63,803 nucleotides of DNA, filler included, from Reticulomyxa filosa (GCA_000512085.1; 23 parts of 23 records of this genome joined end to end with filler, not necessarily neighbours in it), one strand, 5' to 3'. Positions 37,431 through 51,711 are shown, counted from the whole stretch's first letter. Notes: generated by a model from the sequence alone, not told the origin. A program made the numbers and translations.

Positions 37431-37947
37431 TCAATAATAATTCGTTTTTCTTTGTTATAAAATAATATCATCATAGGAAAAACTATTCTTTTTTGATCAA
37501 GTCCTAAAAGATAAATTTTTAAATAGTTAAAAAAAATGCAAAATGGAAAAAATTTATCACAATCCGCAATATTATACACAAACAGGCTATGATATATATA
37601 CCTAAAGCTCTTTTATTTTAAATTTCTAGAAAATACATTTTGTAAAAGAGCTTATAGTATTTCCAAATTAAGTTTTTGGACCTCTAAAATTAAAAAAAGG
37701 GTTTGTTGTTCAAAAAGAAACCTAATATCAATAACACATAAAAAAATCTTTGATAGCTTTTTTGCCAAAAACTATAATTTCATCTTAAAATCATTTGTAA
37801 TCTGTAAAGAGCTTTACAGATCCAAATTGATTTTAAAAGAATTTAATTCAACGTATAACTTTTTCATGTTATCTATCATATCCCTTTTTCTTTTAGCTGA
37901 GTAATCAAATATATACGTACTATATAGAGAATTTGTGTTGATGTATA

Positions 37948-38500
37948 TTGTACGCAAAGGCAATATTGATGTACTTATACGCGAAAAGAAATAGATACGA
38001 AGAGAATGCTGGGAGGAATGCAAACGAAAAAGAATCAAAAAAGTACTCACGTAAAATAAAAATACTGATGCAATTAAAGGAAAATGTAAAAGAGAAGGAA
38101 TTAATAAAACATCTGGAGGAAATGCATGGAAATGTCTCAACAGTTATTGAAAAGGTAGTGTTGATACCAATGACGAATCAGGTAACTAACTATTAAACAA
38201 TAACTTATTTCAAGTATTTTTTGTATCGGACAAACATAATAATAATAATATGATAAAATTCAAGATTTGGAAAATAAGGGCAATAAAGTTCGCATTAGAA
38301 TTTTTTATCCACACAATCATGTGTATTTACTTAAATTGTTTTTTGTTTGTTTTTAAAAAATAGGACAAAAGTAAACAGAAATGGAAATAAGTGAAGAAAA
38401 AGAACAACTGAAATATGAAGAATTGAAAAAAGAAGACGAAAAGTAGAAATTGAAGAGATCAAATCTGTGATCAAAAGAAAGACACACAAAATCTTACAAT
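37948..38500 (+). pseudogene. Decayed charged/UBA-like hypothetical gene
   Basis: ELIKHLEEMHGNVSTVIEKV is a UBA-like helix pair; downstream frames are broken. Confidence 0.3.
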
Positions 38501-39684
38501 GACCAAAAATAATCAAAAGAAAAACAATAAAGTTATTTCAATTTAAATTTAGATTTATCAGAAAATTCTCGATACAATAGTGGAATCTGAACTTTGGATG
38601 TTAATCACGAACTCGCAATAAGTTAAAATAATCAAACTTCCACAATAGGATATGTAATGATCACTAGCATATTCTAATGCAAGTATCATGCTCCAATGTT
38701 TATTTTAATGCATTTGATCGGACATTCCAAATCTTGTATGCAATACAAGATTATGACCATTGACAATCTGATACACTTGTGATAAAACTTAACTTCTTAT
38801 TGTCTTAGTCATAATTCAAGATGAGGAAGTTGGAAATAGCATTGACTGTGTCATAAGCAGTCTGGATTGGGATCCTGCTTGTCATTCAACCTTGTGATGA
38901 TTATTTAAATCAATTTACCGCACTTAATAACAATACGATCTCTATAATGCTTGGGAATATGCACAATATTTGCCTCCTTCCATGCGATATATACTATTCG
39001 GAAACTCCGCTCAAATGGGAATATCAATGATTCAATCATTGCCACCATTCTTGAGCATTTAATTGTGGATCTTGAGCTTTGTACGGGGACAAATGTATCA
39101 TAGACTCAATAACTTTTCTGGATATGTTTAAAAAAAATAAACAAAAATTTAGAAAGGTTGTTGGAAGAAAAATTTTCAAAAATGAGGCAAAATCTCCACA
39201 TCACCTTGAGGTAGGTAGAATGTATTTGCTTTTTACAAAATTATTTACAAGAAGTGGCTTCCACAGTAGATATATAATAACTACCGTTACAAACAAATAA
39301 AAACAAACAAAAAACACCAACAAAAATTCTTAATATTTCGTATGACCAACACTTGCTTTGATAACAGCTTTTATTCTATCAGGAATTGATTCCACTAACG
39401 TTCTAAAAATATCTTTGTCAACATCTTCACATAGTTGAATTTGATTTGTGACAAGATGCATCGTCTTGCTGAAAGATAAAGTCCTCCTGATACTTTTCTT
39501 CGAGAAAAAAAAAAAAAANNNNNNNNNNNNNNNNNNNNNNNNNNNNNNNNNNNNNNNNNNNNTTAATTAATTAANNNNNNNNNNNNNNNNNNNNNNNNNN
39601 NNNNNNNNNNNNNNNNNNACAAGTTGGAGAAAAAAAAAGCGATTGCAAATTTTTTTTTTGTTTGTCTTTTGTGATATGTTAAAG

Positions 39685-40830
39685 AAGACTTTTCTGCAGG
39701 ATTGCTAGCTCCTTGGTATATAATTATCCCTGATCCAAAGAAAAATGTGAGTTCATGGACATACGTGCAAGACACGGGAACGATAATGGTACAACTGTTT
39801 GACGAATTACGTATGTCCGGCTATGCAATGTCATCCAGCGTTGGGGTGTCAGCGTACAACAATTATACGTTTCCAGATCCTACATATTACGAAAACGCAA
39901 AAATGTCAAGTGCCTATAATTACTTTGCGTTGCAGTTCACTTCAGATGACAAATCAAGTTCAAACTACACACTTTTTTTTTTTTTTACAAAAAAGGTGAT
40001 TTTGAAAATATACAAAAAACATAAATATGTACGCATTATGACACGGTATGTGTGTGTGTGTGTGTAATTTGCAATGTGCCATTTTATCATTGGGTATGTC
40101 ATATGTGTCACGTGACATTGATAGCGACATATTTCAAAATGATTAGCTCGTTTGATCCTTATTATTCGAATGCGATCAATTTTGTATCTCAAATTCGTAA
40201 AGTGATGAAGCGTTTGTGTGAAAACGCAGCGCCGTCGAAGCAATCGTATACGTGTTATTTGAGCGGCGGTTCGATTAATGAAGTCGACTTGGTGAACGTG
40301 ATATTTGCTCAATTCCCTTGGGTGCTTTTGACAATCGTAGTAATTGTGTTTTGTGTGATGGGTTTGTTCTTTCAATCGGCATTTGTGCCGTTGCGATTAT
40401 TTGCGACCATTGCTTTGCCCTTAACTTTTGTGTATGGATTTAGTATATCGGTATATCAAAAGGGCTTGTTGGATGGCTTGCATTGGGACGCCGTTGCCAA
40501 CACGCAAGGTCTATTCTGGCTTTCGCCGATCATGACTGTCACCATTCTCATCGGGTTGGCCCTCGATTATGATGTATTTCTATTTGCAAGAGTGTACGAA
40601 TATCGTGTTCATGGAATCCCCACAAGAGAAGCTATTGTCCGTGGTATCTACAATACCGGCTCTATCATTACTGCCGCTGGGGTGATCATGGCAATTGCCT
40701 TCAGTGGATTGCTGTTCTCCCAGTTGACCGCGCTCAATCAAACGGGGCTCATTTTAGTGGTCGCTGTTTTGGTCGATACTTTCATTATTCGTACGTTGCT
40801 TGTGCCTGCTGTCTTAGCCATGGCCAAGTT
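39685..40830 (+). CDS. MmpL/RND-family membrane transporter, C-terminal half (partial, spliced)
   Basis: FSAGLLAP, FQSAFVPLR, ILIGLALDYDVFLFARVYE, TGSIITAAGVIMAIAFSG, AVLVDTFIIRTLLVPA. Intron GTATGTGTGT..GATTAG at ~40046-40146. Confidence 0.88.
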
Positions 40831-40876
40831 TATTACACAATACTTGTCAACATTTGTCTTCTTCTCATCTTTCATT

Positions 40877-40913
<37 letters not shown>

Positions 40914-41542
40914 TGNNNNNNNNNNNNNNNNNNNNNNNNNNNNNNNNNNNNNNNNNNNNTTAATTAATTAANNNNNNNNNNNNNNNNNNNNNNNNNNNNN
41001 NNNNNNNNNNNNNNNATATTCAAAATAAAACTATTCTGAAAATACTCAAAAATTTGCTTATGGATGTGTTCAGCTGTTCTGCAATGGCTAGATATTTATG
41101 AAGGTTAGAAATTTTCAACAATCATACTCTTGCGGCTTGTAACTGTTGAAGATCCGATACAATTGCGAACAATTGAAAATATATCTTTTTTAACATAAAA
41201 ACAAGTGCTTTGAAAAAGTTTTCAAGTGTTTTGAGCACAAACTATGTTCAAAAAAACGAAAGAGCCTTTTTTACAATCAACAACTTTTTCAAAAACCAAA
41301 AAAAAATCGAACAGTCACAGCAATTGTTTGGACAATCCATCTCTCGGTTAGCTATCTGTTTTTTCTTACTTGTTATTCTTCGGCATTTTTTGAGATTTTT
41401 ACATGCTACATCAAAAACACAAAAAACGCCAGTGTGTTGTGTCAAGTAGTTTAGTAGTCGGAAATAATCACTCTCATGATTTCACATCAAAAGGACTACA
41501 GATTCCGAAATAGAAGAGGGGAAAATTGAAATTGAAGTAAAA

Positions 41543-41753
41543 CTAAACATGGTGCATTTTTCGCAAAATCCATCAGGTGGTCTATAGGGGTTATCATCGT
41601 CTAATAAAGGTTCCTTTCCATTGAGAATAAATTTCATTATCTCTTTAGCAGCTTCTTCTGGTTTTTCTGTGCTGTCCAACATTTTCAATTCGTTCTCCAA
41701 GTCGTTTTTTTCGTCCAATTTTTTTTTAGATCTTGTTGCGTTTTTTGTGGCAT
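41543..41753 (-). CDS. Putative heterotrimeric G-protein gamma subunit
   Basis: LENELKML..PEEAAKEIMKFI..EPLL..NPY..CEKCTMF. One extra base in each of two homopolymers gives an MPQKTQQDL start and a CTMF-stop CaaX end. Confidence 0.6.
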
Positions 41754-43271
41754 GATCTACGTAATTCTTGAAAAGCCTTGAAGAAATTAATTTTTTGTTT
41801 ATTTTGTGATAAAATATGAGCAATACAAAGTTTACCTAAAATTACAGTCAAAGATGTTTCTACCTCGTTGGACCAGAAATTTTTTTCTTTTTTCCCGTTC
41901 TTTCCCTTTCGAGTTTTCATGTACTTTTTTTACAGTGTTCTCTTTCATTTTATTTTTATTGATAATGTATGCAATTTTTCAGCAAAAAGAAAAGATATAC
42001 CAATGTATCAAGCATTTTTAGAGTCAACATATTCAATTTGTCCCATTTAAAAAAAATTAATGTGATGTAAAAAAGAAAAACAGTTTTGTGTGATGGATTT
42101 TCTTGAAAAAGCTAATTTGATCAATTTAGTAATCTGTAAATGTGCAGATTATAAGAAAATGTTTTTTATTTATAAGTTGTTCCTTCATTGCAATGCAAAA
42201 AGTTGATAAATTACTTATTTGAAAGATTTTGATTTTATGAAAAATTTAAATGATTTGTAATCGATTTTAAGATGTTATTTTTAGCAAATACAGTTCAAAT
42301 CTTATTTCAGCCTCTGCATGTAGTTTGAAAATTCATTTATGTGTATGCCGAAAATCGTAAAACCGTTGATCACTTTGAGTGATCACAATATATTATCATT
42401 AAAGTTCGATTTTCGCAAAATCACCAAAACCAATTATTGATTGTTTCTTATGATATGTCTGTGTTTGTGGGTTACTTAGCATTGCTCAATCATACAATAA
42501 TCACAGATAGTTTACCGTTGGATGTGGATAATCTCTTTGTTCACAATTTGTTGCTAGTACATATTGATACAATCAATGACATACTTACATGTTACCAAAC
42601 ACCTCCAAAATCTTTGCCCACTTCAATCATTACTGACCCAGAAACTTATTGAAAATAAAACTGATGAAAAAATCCTCAAGAAATGATAATCTTATTACCA
42701 GTCAGTCTTTTTTCCATATCCATCTTTTTTTTCTTCAACACCTTTATTTCCAACGAACAAGCTCTAAAGTATCTTTTCAATTTTAAAAGAAAAAATAAAT
42801 ATGTTCTTACCGTTCAAATTATATCATATGTTTGACATCCTCAGCTCACTTATGCAACGAAAATACAATAAACTTAATTGATAAGATTATGACTAAATAA
42901 ATTGGAATTGTGTGAAATCAAACAACTTTTTTCCACTAAAAAGCTAACGGTACAAAATCACTTGAGAAAAAATGTAATACATATGAAATTTTGAGAATTT
43001 GTCTTCATCAAATTTTTTGGATTGAAATAATAAGCTTTGAACCAGAGCTTGGGAAAAAAGATATAGGATTGGTTTTTGTTTTTTTTTACACCAAAAAACT
43101 GACTGAAAGACACCCGATACAAAACATAACCCACTACAAGTAACAACAATAACAACGAGAACACAAAAACGGGGAAAAAAACAATTAAACTGGAAATATG
43201 ACTTTTTAATTTAATTTTTTTTTAAAGAAAAAAAAAGAAAAAAAATAAGAGATTAGATTTGTAATATTCAT

Positions 43272-46003
43272 TTACCAACTTTCCATGCCAATTTGATTGT
43301 CATAAGTGGGTAAACCTTGCAAGAAACGAAGAAATTCAGTTTGAGCGATATGATTGTGACTATGAGCACAAGTATTCTTAAGCAATTGAAACAACACTTC
43401 TCCACAGTGATCGATTGCCTTTTTATGATGAGATACGTATGGATCTTTAATTTGTTTTTTGCAGTAAGACATGAGTGCTTGATCAAGCGTTTGCTCTACA
43501 ATTTCTAAGGATATTTCACCTGTATACATACATACACATATAAATATGTGTTGATTGATTAATTGCAAGTGTATACAAAGATGAGAAACAAGTTTGGATT
43601 GTTGTGTTTTTGTGATGTGTGAACAGTTGGGACTAACCATTTTGAGTAACGTGTTTGGAAATATTCTGAATGATGTCATCTTGTTTATCCGATAAAAAGT
43701 GGCAAAAATCTTGAAAATCGATTTGAAAATCGTCAAATTCATTGCTGTCTTCATTGTCCACCTCTTCTTGCTCTCTCAAAATTTGTCCCAAGCGTAAAAA
43801 TTGTTCAAAGGTATAAGCCATAATGCCGTGAAGTTCACTTCGAATTGGTGATTGATCAGCAGTTACAGGTTTGTTTTCGAAACCGTCCGTCTTGTAATTG
43901 CGTTTCAAGCTGACATGTGTTCCCCCTTCTTCGCTGTCAATAATTTTTAGTATTTGCCGAGCAGTTTCACCTACATCCTCTTTGTTCCAAACGTCGATCA
44001 CTCCATTTCCATTTTCAGAAGCATGGCGAATACTCTCTGCTCGCAATTGTTCGTCCATGTGAAGTTGAACCAAATGGTAAACAAAATGTTTCACGTCGTA
44101 GTAAGGGATCCAATTTTTTATCTCAAAGTCTGTCTCTTTTTTTTTTTGTTTTAAAAAAAAAAAAAAAGAGTGAATAAAAAAAGGAGGAAAGAAAAAGAGA
44201 AAAAGAACTTTCTTTTGCCGAGTACTGTTTGATATAGAAATCATTCCAAATAGTCTTCAATTCAGTTTTATTTTTCGTAGCTAAGCTTTTTCCCAATTCA
44301 ATGACATTGCAATCCAACGTGCCAATGACTTTTGGTAAATGCGGATGGTTCTCAACTTGGTTTGGAGTGTTGGGATCAATATTGTCCAAATCGAGAGGGG
44401 CCATGAAATCATCACAAGAGAAGTTACAGGAAAAGTTATTGATTTGATCTTTGTGTACGCTCATTCTTCGAATGGGCATGGTTAATTGTGGATTTTTGGA
44501 TGAGATTTCGACGCCATATTTTTTCTGCAAATACTCGCGAATAATATCGCTGAGTTTTGCAAATTGTTCCTCGGTCAGACTGTTGTGTTTCAGCGAATAC
44601 TGCAGGATCTGATGCAATCGCATCAATGAGGATTCTACCGTCCGTTCGTACGTATCCAGTGATGCGACTTTATATGCCATTTGTGTTTTGATTCTCGTTG
44701 CATTATTGGTGGTATCCACGCTCGTTGTTCTAGTGAGTTTTTGTAAGACCTCGTCACTGTCATCATCGTCATCATTACCATTATCATCAGCATTATCATC
44801 CTCTTCATCTCGATGTTCGAAACTGTTGTCGTCCACCGGTGGACGTCCCTCCTCACCTCCATCGAGGGTCAATGTGATCGTCGATGGACTTTGGCTTTGA
44901 TCACTCGAATTGGTGGACTTGGAATTGTTGTTCTCCGTATCTGGTTTCTTGGCCTCCGTGGAACGAGGGAGTGTAGGTTGAAAATTAAAAGGTCGCGTCA
45001 CCGCTTCCATAAGTAGATCTCGCAAACAATTGTCCAAGTCTTCGCCGGCAAGAATTTTCGACGGCGGAGTACAGTAACGCTGAAATCGCTGATTCAATTG
45101 CTCCAATTTGCACGACTCGAGCAATCGTACCAACTGCTCTTCCGCTGTCAATTCTGAGTGCTTTTGAGGCTTTTCCTTTTTTTTGTCATGTTTTTGTTTC
45201 CATTGTGTCTTTGGAAAATTCTTATCCTCCTCATTCAAAGAATAGCGCAAAATCGGAGTCTGCGAAGTGCTCCAGTCAATGTTGGACTTTTTTGTGGCCT
45301 GAGTTTCGTTCATGTCGCTTTCGTTTTCGGTCTCGTTGACATGGGCAAGTTTTGGAAAAGCCATCTTTGGCGTCTGCACCGATAAGAAATCACCACCATT
45401 GGCTTGATTTTCATTGAGCGCCAGTTTCAATCCAGGTAATGCGTCAATGGTTTCAATATTGTCATCACTCGTTGCGTTTTTATCTCGCAGATCGGCACGA
45501 ATTACAAAGTCGGGAGTTGTTAGCTTTTTTATTGGAGTTTCGTTTTCATCGCCACTGGTCAGATATAATTGGGAGTGCTGCTGCAGCTGTAGCAATTCTT
45601 TGTTTGGAATGATGCTGTGATGTTTATGTGTCGTTATGGGCGTTGGTGTCGGTGTTTCGGTCAGTGTGATGGTGGTTGTCTCAGCAGAGTTACGGTACTT
45701 GTGTTTGTGTTGTTCACTGATAGAATTTATTCTCTCATGATGAGATTGAGATGATTCTTGTTGCCGCTGTTGTTGTTGTTGTTGTAAATCATTATCACTC
45801 ATCTCTATCTTTGGCTGCGTTTTCGTGTCTCGTTTATGTGTCCTTCCCTTGTACACAACATTGGGCGGGGAATCGAGGGTCAGTCTTTGATGGTGAGACA
45901 TCGAGGTGGACTTGGATTTGGAATTGGAAGCAAATGTCTGACGACGATAATGTCTTTGTTGGGGAGATGGGGGTAGATCGCCATTGTCATTATTATCATC
46001 ATT
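43272..46003 (-). CDS. Unknown helical/EF-hand-like repeat protein, paralog B, long disordered N-terminus
   Basis: 592-aa ORF plus two exons (introns 44136-44208 and ~43520-43637); three repeats ending F.(K/R)L(S/G)..L. Confidence 0.75.
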
Positions 46004-46110
46004 NNNNNNNNNNNNNNNNNNNNNNNNNNNNNNNNNNNNNNNNNNNNTTAATTAATTAANNNNNNNNNNNNNNNNNNNNNNNNNNNNNNNNNNNNNNNNN
46101 NNNAAAAAGA

Positions 46111-46717
46111 AATAACGAGATTGTACAAGACGAAAATAAATGTAAATGAAATACATGACAATTGGTTGAATGAATCGTTTATTATGAGTAAAATATTGAA
46201 ACCAGCATCGAAAGAAACGCAAACAGTATTGCCGCCAATATTGAATTTGAGTGTGCAAACGCATTTGCCATTTCCATACGTGCGAAAAGTTGGAAGAGAT
46301 GAGTTGAATAGTGAGCATTGGCATGAGGATCAAAACAATATCACACAAAGCAGTTTATTGTTAAATCCGCAATTGACCTTTGACGTTGACAATGAAACCA
46401 ACGTACTTATTTATGAACTTGTGAAAGGGACTATCGATTCAATGAGTATCACGGGCACAACGAGCATAGCAAAGATGGGAACAGTGAATTTGAATGACTA
46501 TTTGAAAACAACAAATACGCGATTGACAGTGTTGCTCGCATTATATTGTGTATTGAAACAGAAATGGGATCAATGCAATCTCTGCAGACATCCCTTGCTT
46601 ATTGTGCAAGACAAGCTATGGCAATACGTGCATGATCTGTTGCAATTGGTACTAGATTACGGTAACCACATTGTATATGTACATATACATATATGTATAC
46701 ATATATGTATATGCATA

Positions 46718-46748
<31 letters not shown>

Positions 46749-47784
46749 TTGCACATAGAATGTGATAATTGCTAAAAGATATGGGAAGAAAATCTATTGC
46801 TTTGATATAATAGACAAATCGCAGTTTGAAACAATGGACATGTCGAAAAAGAATGAAAATGGATTGCAGTTAGACCTAATGTCTTTTTATCTCGTATTTT
46901 GCGTGGCAATCATCTGTTATCGTCCATATACTCCACCTGTCCAAATTGGCTCTTCTTCTCTTCCTCCTCCCGACTCCTTTGGAGTCACTAGCATTTTTGT
47001 TGCGTTTCTTTTCTTCGTTTCACTCATAATAACAAATATATACACACATATATATATATATTTGTTATTATTGTCATTTCTTTGACTTTCTTGTAAACCT
47101 CTTTTTTTCCATATAAAAAAAAAGAGTGAGTTGAAAATTAATGAAATATGGAAATCGTCAGTGGTGATGAGACACTTGTTTGTGGATGTATTGCGTTGCT
47201 TTTGCGACCATCCGCGACTATCGTCCTCGCCATTGTCGTGGCTAGCCTTGTCACGTAATTGTTACAACGGCGATCAGTTTGCACAATACCTGCGTCGCTT
47301 CGTGTCATTTTGCGTGACACTGCGACTGTCGTCGAACGTGAAAGCCATCGACTGGCGAAGCACTTGCGCATCGGCGACGTCATCGACATTGGCAGGGAGA
47401 CGTATACAGAATCGCTACTTCCACCAGTTGCTTCAGGTATTGCAACAAATGGTGGAGCTGTGTTTCAACCCCAGTGAATGGAAGAAGGTCACGAAAGAAA
47501 GCACGCAAGAGTGTGAAGTGGACGTGGACTTTCTGTTATATCACTTTCGAAATGAACAGTCGCTTCATTTGTTGCAAGACTGTCATCGCTGGTTGATGTC
47601 AGTCGACGTGTTAGAGAGCATGGCTTTCAAACTAAGGGAGCCGACGTGGACTTGCGATGTTGGCAATGTTGCCTCGCATGTCTCCGACACGTCGACCATA
47701 CAACAATACTTTGCCAAAGGAGAAAGAGGTCCCAATGAAGATGAAAAAAAAGAAAAAGGAAAAGAAGAAGAAGAAGAAGAAGAA
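46111..47784 (+). CDS. Hypothetical multi-exon protein (internal part)
   Basis: ORFs of 214, 107 and 233 aa separated by typical T/A-run introns; no family recognised. Confidence 0.6.
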
Positions 47785-47884
47785 NNNNNNNNNNNNNNNN
47801 NNNNNNNNNNNNNNNNNNNNNNNNNNNNTTAATTAATTAANNNNNNNNNNNNNNNNNNNNNNNNNNNNNNNNNNNNNNNNNNNN

Positions 47885-49350
47885 TCTGATTATCCTGTAT
47901 ATATTAGGCATTGCTGTTCTTGTCCACTTAATTTTCTGTTTTATTATTTCATTTATTTCATCTTCTTCTATTTTGGTATCATATTTTTCTGTTAAATTAT
48001 ATTTTGTTGCTATTTTTGGAAATTCATTTCATTATTTCCTTCTTTCTTCTGTTAGTAATTTCTTCTTTTTATATTCTTCTGAATCCATGAATGTGTATTG
48101 AAGATTTCTTTTAACTATTCCTTCTGCATATTCACATTTAATAAGTTCATTTATCACTCCTGTAATTTCAATATCATGTATTTTTTTGTTTGGTGTTAAT
48201 TTACTCCATCTGTCTCTGATTGTCGTCATTGCTTGTGTTCTTCATGATTTTACTCCCGATGTTTCTGGGTTTGCATATCTTTATACCATTCCTGTTTTAG
48301 GTGTTACGTACCATGTAAAGTTGTTATTTTTCTTTAAATTTCTTTTATGTTCTTTTTTGATTTGTTCCTCTTATTGTAATTGTATTTTTAGAGTTTCTGT
48401 CTCTGTTTTGTCTTGTTTTATGTTAGTTTTTATGTATTTGATTTCGTTTATTAGTTCTTGTACTTCTTTTTGCTCTTCTAATTCTATTATTTCGTTGTTA
48501 TTTGTTACTGTTGTGAGTTGAAAGTTTGGTCTTAATTGAGCTCTATTATGATCTGTGTTTTTATTTGTTATATGTTGTCCTTTTTAATTTGATTATTTTC
48601 TTTTGAGTTTTTGATGTTCTGGATTGTTGTATCTACTTGTTTTTTATAGTATAATATATGTTCTTGAATTTTCTTTTCTTCATGATCTAGTCCATCATTT
48701 GACCATATGTTGTTTAATGATATGTTAGTTCTATGTGTTATTGTAGTGTTATTTGAGTTGATTTGACTTGAATTGTTGTTAAGATTAGGTTTTGTGATCG
48801 GTAATGTAGTAGAGTTATTTCTGATGATATCATTATCCATTTTCTCTTTTTGTTTTATTTGTGTTCTAAATTTTCGAAAACTTGTTTGTCTTAAACTTCA
48901 TCTTCTATCATATATGTGTTTCCTTTTATTGTTTTGTATTTGCTCCGTACATTTTCTATTATGAAATTATCTTCTTGTATCCTATGTTAATCCTGTTACT
49001 TTAACATTATATTTTTCACTAGTTTTGTGCTGTTTTCTCAATCCAATATATTCTTGCTTTTACACATATTTGATCTGGTCCATTTTCTTTGTTTATGTTG
49101 ATTATAGTTAATCCTTCTACTATCGCTACCCATGTTTGAGCTTGTGTTTCCGAATGCAACTCTAAAAGTGTATTGTGTTCTTCCTTTTGTTTTATTTTCA
49201 CATGCTTCATTCCATTCTACGTTTGCGATGGTCATTGTATCACCAACTATTTGTTTTTCTAGTCTTTTAGATATTTTTAATTTTGCATGTTTCTGGATTT
49301 CTTTATTCCTATTAGAATTTTCCTTAGAAATTTCTTTATTTTTGGATTGA
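47885..49350 (-). mobile_element. Possible decayed non-LTR retrotransposon ORF1-like region
   Basis: Extreme A-rich minus strand, intronless broken Lys/Asn/Ile-rich frames, RRM-like YNVKVTGL. No RT motif seen. Confidence 0.3.
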
Positions 49351-49569
49351 CTTTTTTCGGAGTTAAAAAGGATTTTATAAGTGCGATTTTTAAATTAAAT
49401 GCTGTCCGTTGACATTTAAAATAGTTTTGTCATGTTTGCACACTTCTAACATGTGCGAATGCAATTGATTTTACTGCCACGTAAACAAAAAATATGAATA
49501 GTTTTTTTTTTAACAAAGAGTCCATGATAAATAAATTGGCTCAATAAATAAGATATATAATTTTTTAAG

Positions 49570-49784
49570 ATGAATGGACTAACAAAATTGGGCGTTGTCT
49601 TGGAAAATCCAGGCGATGATGATAATCCTTTGCCAGAGAAGAAGAAGGTTTCATTTGAAAGCGACTCGTCAGAGAACAAGCCACTATCCGGAGAGGTGAC
49701 AATAGACAACGAGAAGATCGAATCTCTGTTGTATCCAGACGGAACAGTTGACGTTGCACAACTAAAAAATCAAAACATTGCGCT
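49570..49784 (+). CDS. Hypothetical protein N-terminus (3' partial)
   Basis: ATG after an AT-rich leader, open to the contig end. Confidence 0.45.
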
Positions 49785-49896
49785 NNNNNNNNNNNNNNNN
49801 NNNNNNNNNNNNNNNNNNNNNNNNNNNNTTAATTAATTAANNNNNNNNNNNNNNNNNNNNNNNNNNNNNNNNNNNNNNNNNNNNTTTTTTTTTTTT

Positions 49897-49933
<37 letters not shown>

Positions 49934-50035
49934 GTTGCATTACGTGACATGAATATATAATCTTAATAATATATTATATTATTAAGATTATATAAACATA
50001 CAAATCATGCACTGATAAATGTATAATGAATCGTA

Positions 50036-51138
50036 ACAAAAGGAGAAGCAAATTGATTTCGCGCGTATTTCAACAGAATCTCCAACGCCATAGTTTGACC
50101 CCACTCATCCATATCCGGTAACAAATGACAGATCTTTCGGAAGTTGCTGTGGATCAAATCCCAATTGGTTGGACATATCTGCTGAAATGCATACAGCGAG
50201 CCAGACAGAACCGCGACAGAATCGTCACCCAACAACGTGATCAACATCAAGATCAAATCGGGGCGAAATTTCGAATCTAGTTGATGCACCACTGGCAACA
50301 CTTGCGACGCCGTTCGACGCACGTAAGGACTGCTATCTTTGATCGCGTTTTTCAAATGAATTATTATCAAATGCGCCACTGCGCTAACTCGCATCGTCGC
50401 CATCGCCTGCAATGCCTTGGCACGAACCAATGGATTCGGAGATGACATATCTTTTGAGTGTTTGCATGTTTTTATTTCATTTCAATAAAATAAAAATAAA
50501 AAATAAAAAAATTCACTCCCTTCCCTTCTTCCACACGTACGCATACATAAAAAAAAAAATGTTATAAAGCATAATGTGATTGTTATGAATCGTTTTAATT
50601 ATAACATACATATATATCATCAATATACACATATATATATATATGTATATATATATAAATGCATATATGTATGTACATATATATATATGTATTTATATAT
50701 ATGTATTATATATAAACCTTTCTGAAATGAAGAAATTGCCAGTAATGCCAAATTTTGATTTTGGGCAGCGTAATGAACGACAAACATATACACTAGTTTT
50801 TTTACTTCCATTGAATCCACAATCACGTTTTTCACAACGTGTGGAAATAATTGCGATACATCTCTTCCAAGCGTCATGTGCGCTATCAAGGTTTTCATTG
50901 CTTCTAATTTTTGTTTCTCATTTTTGCTTTCCAAGTTTTGCTTCAGCGTGTCAAATTTATTTCGACCCTCTTGGAAATGTTTTGCGTCTCCTACTAATGA
51001 TATACTGCTCATCATGTTCTTGAAGTTTCCCATGCTTGACTCCAATTGTCTTCCTAGCTGTTTCGCCTTACGGCTAGCTTGCTCATATGTGTCTACCGCC
51101 ACTTGTGGGGTCGGTTGTGTAATTTGACTTTGGCTCAT
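50036..51138 (-). CDS. AP3B1: AP-3 complex beta subunit N-terminus (3' partial)
   Basis: KLEAMKTLIA..GRDVSQLFPHVVKNV..EVKKLVY..LALLAISSFQK|DMSSPNPLVRAKAL..DSSPYVRR..FRKICHLLPDMDEWGQ..LLKYARNQF. Confidence 0.92.
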
Positions 51139-51631
51139 ATTCTCAAATAATCAAAACAAGTTCAACTTTTTTTTTTCAAAAAAAAAAAATAAAACAAAAA
51201 GGTTACACGTCAGCAATTTTTTTTTCAATTTGCAACGAAACCCGGCAGTACTTTGCATTTCACTACCAAACACAATGCTCGAATATCTATCCTTTCTCCA
51301 AGAATGTTATTATATGCCGAGGCTATGCTATGCAAGTAGTCGAGTAGAAAATGCTGAATCATGAAAACAATTGCAAGAGATGCCGTTGAGAAATAAAAGG
51401 AGAGGAGGAAAGAGGAAAAGAGAGGGAAAAAGACAGCTAGTAGGGTTGAAAGGCCAGTTTGGGACTTTTTTTTTTTTCCCCATCAAATGAGTCTCACTGC
51501 TATCACTTCAGTAATGCAAAAGTGTAACGAGACACACACGAGATCACACATTTTACAAAACACACCAAGAAGAAAAATAATAAAAATAAAAAAAAAAGGA
51601 GAGCATATAACCAAAAAATATAGGAAACGTG

Positions 51632-51676
<45 letters not shown>

Positions 51677-51711
51677 AATTACACCCATTGAAAACTGCTA
51701 GATCGAAAAAG

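Noticed and set aside
37800-37821. 10-bp-arm palindrome ATCTGTAAAG-AG-CTTTACAGAT
   Set aside because: Short and AT-rich, with no second copy or functional context; plausible by chance.
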